Part shown: positions 38,957 through 44,782 of the stretch, piece by piece
Numbering within the stretch: position 1 is the stretch's first letter
Layout: each line of letters starts with the position of its first letter
Sequence record: SRR20825006_690
Direction: 5' to 3' (one strand)
Length of the DNA: 44,782 nucleotides
Notes under the pieces: generated by a model
What the model saw: the letters and a program-made list of their open reading frames with translations, nothing else
Told to the model about the DNA's origin: nothing
Database searches by the model: none
Position numbers and translations under genes: made by a program

Positions 38957-39357
38957 TGCATAAAGAGAAAAAAGAACCAAAATATATAAAGCCACTTGTA
39001 TTCATTGTTGAAGACAATGAGGCTTACCGAATTCTTTTAGGGCGTATTTTAGAGAAAAGAGGATTTATGATTATGATGTTCGAGAACGGGCGTAAAGCCG
39101 TGGAAATGCTCGAATACTGCAAGCCTAGCCTTATTATATCAGACATCCAAATGCCTTGTATGGACGGCTTTGAATTGTATGTTATGATTAAGAAAAGGTA
39201 CCCTAAATTTGATATACCTTTTGTATATCTATCTTCAACAACGTCACAAGAAGAAATTGAAAAGGCCACCAAACTAAGCATGCGCGAAATGTTAGGTAAA
39301 CCCGTTCGCCCAGATGAACTAATGCATTCTATTAACAAAGCTATTCTTTCTGCTTAA
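38956..39357 (+). CDS. Single-domain response regulator (CheY-like receiver)
   Basis: IVEDN, SDIQMPCMDG (phospho-Asp), YLSS and GKP motifs; ATG overlaps the adhesin stop (TAATG). Confidence 0.92.
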   Translation: MHKEKKEPKYIKPLVFIVEDNEAYRILLGRILEKRGFMIMMFENGRKAVEMLEYCKPSLIISDIQMPCMDGFELYVMIKKRYPKFDIPFVYLSSTTSQEEIEKATKLSMREMLGKPVRPDELMHSINKAILSA

Positions 39358-39441
39358 TTGAAAACGCTTTTATGTGAGTTTTTTTAGAGAAGTTATGAAG
39401 TAAAAGTTTCTTTTTGTTGGTTGGAAGAATAAGTTGAAGCT

Positions 39442-40170
39442 ATGACAACAACCTCCCAAATTATTATACTGCGCTGTATTGATTATCAAGAATCGAGCAG
39501 GATTATTACCGTTTTAAGTCAAGAACATGGGAAAATAGCGCTAATTGCAAGAGGGGTTAAGAAACCAAAAAACAAGCTGGCTGGTTTAATTGAAGTCGGT
39601 AATGTTCTAGATGTAGTCTATTATTATAAAGCTTCTCGTGAAGTACACACCTTATCTGAAGCTTCCATTTCCTATCAATCGTTAAGCTTTCGCCAAGATT
39701 TTGAGAAAGCATCTGTTCTGTACGCTACCTTAGAGTTAGTGAGCCAAATCATCCACGATAATCATGAGAACACCGAAATATTTACTTTCACAAAACGCTT
39801 TATCGAATGGCTTGGGGAACAAGAAGAGCCTAAAGTAGCTGTATTCCCTTATGTGCAAATACGGTTGGCCCAGTTAATTGGATTTGCCCTAGTTAACGTG
39901 TGTGAAAATTGGGATGAAACAGTTTTTCTAAATATCAGTAGTGGAACATTATCAAACGAACCCGATTCTGAATTGTCCTACAAGCTTACAAGCCGTCAAT
40001 CTACTTTTGTACTCAAAGCACTTCAATCCCGAAGAAATGATATATTCCAATTAGGCTTGGCCAACAGAGAACTAAAACAATTAATTTATCATTTAGATGT
40101 TTACTTTAAATATCACATTGAAGGCTATAAAGAACGACGATCGGATTCCATTTTTGAACAAATGATTTAG
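39442..40170 (+). CDS. recO: DNA repair protein RecO
   Basis: IILRCIDYQESSRIITVLSQEHGKIALIARGVKKPK N-terminal OB-fold signature; typical length. Confidence 0.9.
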   Translation: MTTTSQIIILRCIDYQESSRIITVLSQEHGKIALIARGVKKPKNKLAGLIEVGNVLDVVYYYKASREVHTLSEASISYQSLSFRQDFEKASVLYATLELVSQIIHDNHENTEIFTFTKRFIEWLGEQEEPKVAVFPYVQIRLAQLIGFALVNVCENWDETVFLNISSGTLSNEPDSELSYKLTSRQSTFVLKALQSRRNDIFQLGLANRELKQLIYHLDVYFKYHIEGYKERRSDSIFEQMI

Positions 40171-40178
40171 GCTTGCTC

Positions 40179-41708
40179 ATGAAAAAAAGAGACATTTATT
40201 TAACATCAGTTCTACTCCTTTTGGTAGGGGTTACATTAGGAACTCTCGTCGCACTTTATGTACTGAACGATGACTTAACACCTCTATCTGAAGTTAGATT
40301 TACAGAAGTCACCAAAAACGATGCCCCACTATTTGACGAAGAAATATTAGCTTCTAGCGATGCTCGGTTTTTATTCAAAGCTGTTGCCGAAAAAGTTACT
40401 CCAGCTGTAGTGTATATTGAAACCATTGTTCCCGTTGAAACCGACGTTCCAGACGATGAGAATCATGAATTTGACGATAGCTTCTGGGACAAAGTAATGC
40501 CGAGAAGGGCGAGAACAGTTGGCTCAGGGGTAATTATTTCTACCGATGGATACATTCTTACAAATAATCACGTTGTAGAAGATGCCGTAAAGCGAGGCAT
40601 AAAAGTAGTACTAAGCGACAAAAGAGAATATCAAGCCACTGTTGTAGGTTTAGACCCTAGCACAGACTTGGCAGTTATTAAAATCTCGGCGAAAAACCTC
40701 CAGGCTGTAACCATAGGGAACTCTGAGACCGTTGATGTTGGTGAATGGGTACTAGCAATCGGTAATCCATTTCGATTACGTTCTACGGTAACTGCGGGCA
40801 TTGTGAGCGCTTTAAGTAGAGATGTGCAGATCATAAACGACAATTTCAGAATTGAAAGCTTTATTCAAACAGATGCGGCCATCAACAAAGGAAATAGTGG
40901 CGGTGCGCTCGTTAACACAAGTGGACAGCTTATTGGCATAAACACAGCTATTGCTTCTCAAAGTGGTGCATATCAAGGTTATGGCTTTGCTGTGCCGAGC
41001 AATCTCGCAATGAAAGTGGCTACCGATATTATCGAATTTGGTAAAGTAAAACGTGCGCTTTTAGGGGTAACCATCGCCTCTGTAAATTACGACAGAGCCG
41101 TTGAGTTAGGAATGAGCGAAGTAAGAGGTGTTGAAATTATTGGAACGTCGGAAGTAGGCTCCGCATACAAATCGGGCATTAGAAGCGAAGATGTGGTTTT
41201 ACGTGTAAATGGATTTTTGGTAAATGAGTCAAATCAGCTACAAGAAAAAGTAGCGATTTTACGTCCTGGTGACACCGTTAAATTAGATATTCTTCGCAAA
41301 GGTAAAGAGTTTACGAAAGAAGTTTTGCTAACAGATATCGCTCCTGAAAGGGTAGAGGAGCTATCTTTCGAAGATATTCCTGTGAATGTGGAAGAAATCC
41401 CAGAAGAAGATAATCTTAAAGTTGACAGTCATGAATTTGAACTAGGTTTTAGAGTTATCGAAGTTCCAAAAGAAGAAGCGGAAGGATCTAACACGCTATT
41501 CGTGGCTAAAGTGTTTAAATATTCTGAAGCGTGGAACCGTGGCTTACGTGCCGACCAAAAAATTATAGCTATAGACAAAGAAAAGGTTGAAGATATCTCA
41601 ACTTTAAAAGAACTTATCAAAACTAACTTAACTAAAAACGGAACGGTTAAAATCGAGGTAATTAATAAAGACAATGCCCGTGGTTTTATCGAATTGAAGA
41701 ACAAATAA
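40179..41708 (+). CDS. degP: HtrA/DegP (Do family) serine protease with two PDZ domains
   Basis: Catalytic triad motifs TNNHVV, TDLAV and GNSGG; IQTDAAIN; N-terminal TM/signal; two PDZ-like domains. ATG 40179 preferred over TTG 40173. Confidence 0.9.
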   Translation: MKKRDIYLTSVLLLLVGVTLGTLVALYVLNDDLTPLSEVRFTEVTKNDAPLFDEEILASSDARFLFKAVAEKVTPAVVYIETIVPVETDVPDDENHEFDDSFWDKVMPRRARTVGSGVIISTDGYILTNNHVVEDAVKRGIKVVLSDKREYQATVVGLDPSTDLAVIKISAKNLQAVTIGNSETVDVGEWVLAIGNPFRLRSTVTAGIVSALSRDVQIINDNFRIESFIQTDAAINKGNSGGALVNTSGQLIGINTAIASQSGAYQGYGFAVPSNLAMKVATDIIEFGKVKRALLGVTIASVNYDRAVELGMSEVRGVEIIGTSEVGSAYKSGIRSEDVVLRVNGFLVNESNQLQEKVAILRPGDTVKLDILRKGKEFTKEVLLTDIAPERVEELSFEDIPVNVEEIPEEDNLKVDSHEFELGFRVIEVPKEEAEGSNTLFVAKVFKYSEAWNRGLRADQKIIAIDKEKVEDISTLKELIKTNLTKNGTVKIEVINKDNARGFIELKNK

Positions 41709-42241
41709 TGAATCGAATTTATTTATCACTAGCAGTATTAACTCTCTTTTTAATAACTGCATGCTCTAGCACACAAACTACTGCTGTAAAAGAAAAAGTC
41801 GTAGCCTCCATCTATCCAACATGGTATCAACAAAGTGGTTTTGAAACCGATTCTAGTTCTTACGCTATGAGTGCCACTGCTGTAGCATCAGACTCAGTAA
41901 CAGCGATCAAACGCGCTGAAACAGAAAGTAGAATGTTACTGGAAAGCTATATTTCTAAAGAAATGGAAAAAGTACGCACAACGCTTGAACGTGCTGGCTC
42001 AAAATCGGTTAGCAAAGCAGACTTCATACTAGCTCTTAGAAACGCACATGTTGCAGTAGAAAAAGAAGCCCAAGCCCAGTTCCAATTAAGTACCAAAACA
42101 GAATTGGGATATAGAGGTTTTGCTAGAGTAGACATCACCAAAGCCAAACTAAATGAACTCATGGAAAAAGGTTTTGCTGGCAAGTCTGCATACTGGAAAG
42201 AGTTCGGTGGTAGCGAAGCTTACCAGGCACTGGTGAAGTAA
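41708..42241 (+). CDS. Lipoprotein of unknown function (LPP20-like)
   Basis: Lipobox ITA-C19 followed by SS; PTWY motif; start overlaps the degP stop (TAATG). Confidence 0.75.
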   Translation: MNRIYLSLAVLTLFLITACSSTQTTAVKEKVVASIYPTWYQQSGFETDSSSYAMSATAVASDSVTAIKRAETESRMLLESYISKEMEKVRTTLERAGSKSVSKADFILALRNAHVAVEKEAQAQFQLSTKTELGYRGFARVDITKAKLNELMEKGFAGKSAYWKEFGGSEAYQALVK

Positions 42242-42307
42242 CGCTGAGTTGAAGTCTAGAGATTATGTGATTTAGTGATTAGGAAAGAATATCCGTCATT
42301 ACGTATG

Positions 42308-42321
42308 ACACATTGTTAGCA
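42308..42321 (-). repeat. Half copy of the attC-like motif
   Basis: Minus strand TGCTAACAATGTGT, 13/14 identical to 43238-43251, 12 nt after the stop of the DUF2310-like gene. Confidence 0.5.
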
Positions 42322-42333
42322 CCAGTTGCTTCT

Positions 42334-43080
42334 CTATTTATCGTCATAACCAAATACTGTATTACAAGTCTTACAAATTTTAGAAGGTCGTTTTAGCCCA
42401 GAATCAGAACCGTCTTGTCCGCAGACCAAGCAAGATTGATTATTGTCTAGTTCATCAACAAAGTAACTTATGTAAACTGGTATTTGGAAGTAGTCAGAAA
42501 GTTGATTTCTTATTTTCGCTCCTTCCAAGTTTAGTTTCCCCTTTTTATAATTAGTAAGTTCTTTGAAAGCTTCTTTTTCAAATAGTCCACTTTCTAACCA
42601 GTTTAAATAAACTCTTTCGTGTTTTGTCTGCCAGTCTTCAAGTTTTATTATGAGTGGCACTTTTGAGTATGAAATTTGTCCGAAACAATTGCTACAAGTC
42701 AACTCGTTTGCAAATTGCAAAGAACGTCCCTGCAAAATATAAAAGGCGGACTTTTGACATGTACAGTTGATTACATTGTCCACTTCTATAATGACGTCTC
42801 GTTCTTTAATTGTTTTAGGCTCGGCAGAAAGCAGCTTATCAAATTTAGTTTGCCAATAATCTTTTATTTCTGTGTTCTTACTCCAGTTCTTGAATGAATT
42901 GTTGTCACGAAAAATTACTATCAGCTCTAAAGAGTTTTCATCTCGCCTTAATTCTCGTGGCTCTGAAAAAATCAAATTTTGTGTATATAGTGAACCTGAC
43001 AAACCAATAAACTCTTCAGCTGTAGCATTAATGTCGGCTAAGGTTAAAAGAATTTTTGCTGGTATTGGTCTGTCGGTCAT
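42334..43080 (-). CDS. Zn-ribbon protein, DUF2310-like
   Basis: CTC, CSNC, CLVCG and CKTC Cys pairs; DWQ...W..SG..EK.A..EL...G.LN.EG pattern. Confidence 0.7.
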   Translation of the reverse strand: MTDRPIPAKILLTLADINATAEEFIGLSGSLYTQNLIFSEPRELRRDENSLELIVIFRDNNSFKNWSKNTEIKDYWQTKFDKLLSAEPKTIKERDVIIEVDNVINCTCQKSAFYILQGRSLQFANELTCSNCFGQISYSKVPLIIKLEDWQTKHERVYLNWLESGLFEKEAFKELTNYKKGKLNLEGAKIRNQLSDYFQIPVYISYFVDELDNNQSCLVCGQDGSDSGLKRPSKICKTCNTVFGYDDK

Positions 43081-43120
43081 TTTGTAAATATTTTTTGTAT
43101 GTGTCGTCTTACACGATTGG

Positions 43121-43251
43121 GGATAACGGTCTTGTGTATGATTAGTGGCGTAAAAGTATGCGATTTATTTTCCGCAATACAATGTAGTGAATTGTAAGAA
43201 AAGATCATGTCCTTAGCCAGCAAAAGTAATTGATTATACACAGTGTTAGCA
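43121..43251 (-). repeat. ~130-bp imperfect inverted repeat with attC-like ends
   Basis: Minus strand TGCTAAC-ACT-GTGTATAATCAAT ... ACTAATCATACAC-AAGACC-GTTATCC, filling the gap between two co-oriented genes. Confidence 0.55.
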
Positions 43252-43257
43252 AATGTT

Positions 43258-44769
43258 TTAATCTGCAAACTGTACTCTAACCAGAGGACTATTTATGAGA
43301 CTATAAAAAACTTTAACGTTCATATGAAAACTTGAAGAAATAGATTGTGTAAAGTTTTTTAGTTCATTTAATTTATCTGAATCATAATAAATCCCATTCA
43401 TGATAACTCCATTAATTGTTTTTGAATTAGTTATACTATCTAAAGGGTTTTTATCCAAAATAATTAAATCTGCAATTTTCCTATTTTCAATTGTTCCATA
43501 ATCTTTATCTATTCCAGCAAATTTTGCTGGAATAATAGTAGCACTTTGCAAGGCCTCAAGGTTCGATAAACCACTCTTTGTTAAATCTTCTAATTCGTCA
43601 TGCATACTAAACCCAGCAAAAGTATAGGAATCTGTCACATCTGTTCCCGTCATAATTGGGACACCAATATCATTGGCCATTTTAATTTGTTTTTTTGCCA
43701 CATTATAAAAATCTGTACTTAATCCATTTCCTTCTTCAGATAAATTCTTTTTCTTGTTATTTCTAACATCAATGCCCCACCATATGTCTTTTCGTATTGA
43801 AGTAACATATTTTAAGTTAGGATTGTCTATAAATGCAGATTTATGAGCAAATGCCTCGAATTTGAGGGTTTGAAGCGTTGGTGTCCAGTACGCGTTATTT
43901 TCTTTCATTAACGTCATTAATTTAATCGCAGTATTTGGATTGAAATCTTCAACCATTGATTTTTTTGATTTCGAAAAGAACACTTCCCAATTTTTTGGAT
44001 TTCGCAAACTATCTGCTTTAGGAAAAGACTCAAACATAAAAATACGTCCGTGTTCAAAACTTCTTTGCCCTAATAAAATGGCATCTTCAAGACTTACAAA
44101 CATTGGTTTGTGTCCTGCAAGATGTAATCCATATTTTGGTGCAGCTAAAGCCAAATTTCTATACATTTTGGGTTTTATTTGTTGATATACTTTAATGAAA
44201 TCTACTTTTTCATTTTTGTAGAATCTTAAAATAGAATCAATATGTTCCTCTTTTTCTACTGTAAAAAAATCAGAAAAATTTTTCGGTACAGAAGAAATAC
44301 CATCAATTTGGTAACTACTTTGCAAAACATATCTTGGTGTTATTCTTTCATTATTAAGTAATTCGGTATTCCAACGTAAACGTTCTTTGCTTCCAACCCA
44401 ATAACTGTCTCTTTTGTTAAGTTGACCTGACATATCGCGAATACCAGTAACACCATTAGCTATATAAAGTGGATGATGAAGCCATTCTGAATGTTGATTT
44501 GAATGTGTATGCATATCCCACAAACCTGGCATTATGTATTTGTCAGATCCATTAATAATTAAAGCAGTTGGGTTTACTTTTATTATGCCAGTAGTATCGA
44601 TGGCACTAATAATATTGTTTTTTATAAGAATATCTCGATTTTCTAAAATACCCCCCGATTTCACATCAATTATGTTCACAGATTGTATTAGGACTGTATC
44701 AAACTTTTTAGGTGGGTCTAATTTTGGCATTGGCCATAGAACAGCAGATATTATAACCTCTAGGTTCAA
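43258..44769 (-). CDS. Amidohydrolase family protein (5' end truncated or interrupted)
   Basis: MPGLWDMHTH, NGVTGIRDM, DFIKVY, GH, SFEH, GTD and G.IE..K.ADLIILDKNPL motifs. The N-terminal hydrophobic segment is incomplete and there is no convincing start. Confidence 0.88.
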   Translation of the reverse strand: MNLEVIISAVLWPMPKLDPPKKFDTVLIQSVNIIDVKSGGILENRDILIKNNIISAIDTTGIIKVNPTALIINGSDKYIMPGLWDMHTHSNQHSEWLHHPLYIANGVTGIRDMSGQLNKRDSYWVGSKERLRWNTELLNNERITPRYVLQSSYQIDGISSVPKNFSDFFTVEKEEHIDSILRFYKNEKVDFIKVYQQIKPKMYRNLALAAPKYGLHLAGHKPMFVSLEDAILLGQRSFEHGRIFMFESFPKADSLRNPKNWEVFFSKSKKSMVEDFNPNTAIKLMTLMKENNAYWTPTLQTLKFEAFAHKSAFIDNPNLKYVTSIRKDIWWGIDVRNNKKKNLSEEGNGLSTDFYNVAKKQIKMANDIGVPIMTGTDVTDSYTFAGFSMHDELEDLTKSGLSNLEALQSATIIPAKFAGIDKDYGTIENRKIADLIILDKNPLDSITNSKTINGVIMNGIYYDSDKLNELKNFTQSISSSFHMNVKVFYSLINSPLVRVQFAD

Positions 44770-44782
44770 GTTTGAAGTGCAA
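44759..44782. mobile_element. Probable terminal inverted repeat of an IS30-family element (rest outside window)
   Basis: TCTAGGTTCAAGTTTGAAGTGCAA resembles the IS30 IR pattern TGTAGATTCAA-N8-TGCAAC (from memory). The minus strand reads (G)TT GCA CTT CAA ACT TGA = VALQT*, like IS30-type transposase C-termini. Confidence 0.55.

Noticed and set aside
40179-41708. DegP as a dedicated component of the fibre system
   Set aside because: It is separated from the operon by recO and is a common housekeeping gene; proximity is the only link.
43077-43268. 63-aa ORF between the two accessory genes
   Set aside because: It coincides with the attC-like inverted repeat, overlaps both neighbours and has no protein features.
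1406-44185. Many short ORFs (60-132 aa) antisense to or nested in long genes, e.g. 9682-10080, 18535-18828, 35752-36084, 39024-39338
   Set aside because: They overlap well-supported genes, have no recognisable motifs and read like reverse-frame shadows.

Overview
An AT-rich bacterial chromosome segment, probably from the Bacteroidota/Balneolota (FCB) group. This is inferred from signal peptides ending A|Q, the Bat/DUF58 genes and the DUF5723-like barrel. The left part (1-18 kb) is mostly housekeeping: a tRNA 3' end, a lipoprotein plus outer-membrane barrel pair, pncB-pncA-FAD oxidoreductase, an ABC-F ATPase, mfd-sua5, a broken-up bat cluster and an M23 peptidase. The centre (18.3-39.4 kb) is a ~21-kb operon of four secreted DUF11-type Ig proteins plus a receiver protein. 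Their termini are complementary halves of a DUF11 domain. Two proteins start with the Asn-bearing last strands (donor). Two end in a Lys/Asp-bearing domain that lacks those strands (acceptor). The smallest is an acceptor with both reactive residues replaced by Leu. I interpret this as a candidate sortase-free, strand-complemented and possibly isopeptide-crosslinked surface fibre with chaperone/cap, shaft, OM barrel-OmpA anchor and giant tip adhesin. The adhesin gene carries a +1 frameshift at 30238-30241. The right part holds recO, degP and a lipoprotein, then an accessory tail of two genes each followed by an attC-like motif. The window ends in what looks like an IS30-family terminal repeat. 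All domain names come from motif recognition by eye; no searches were run.
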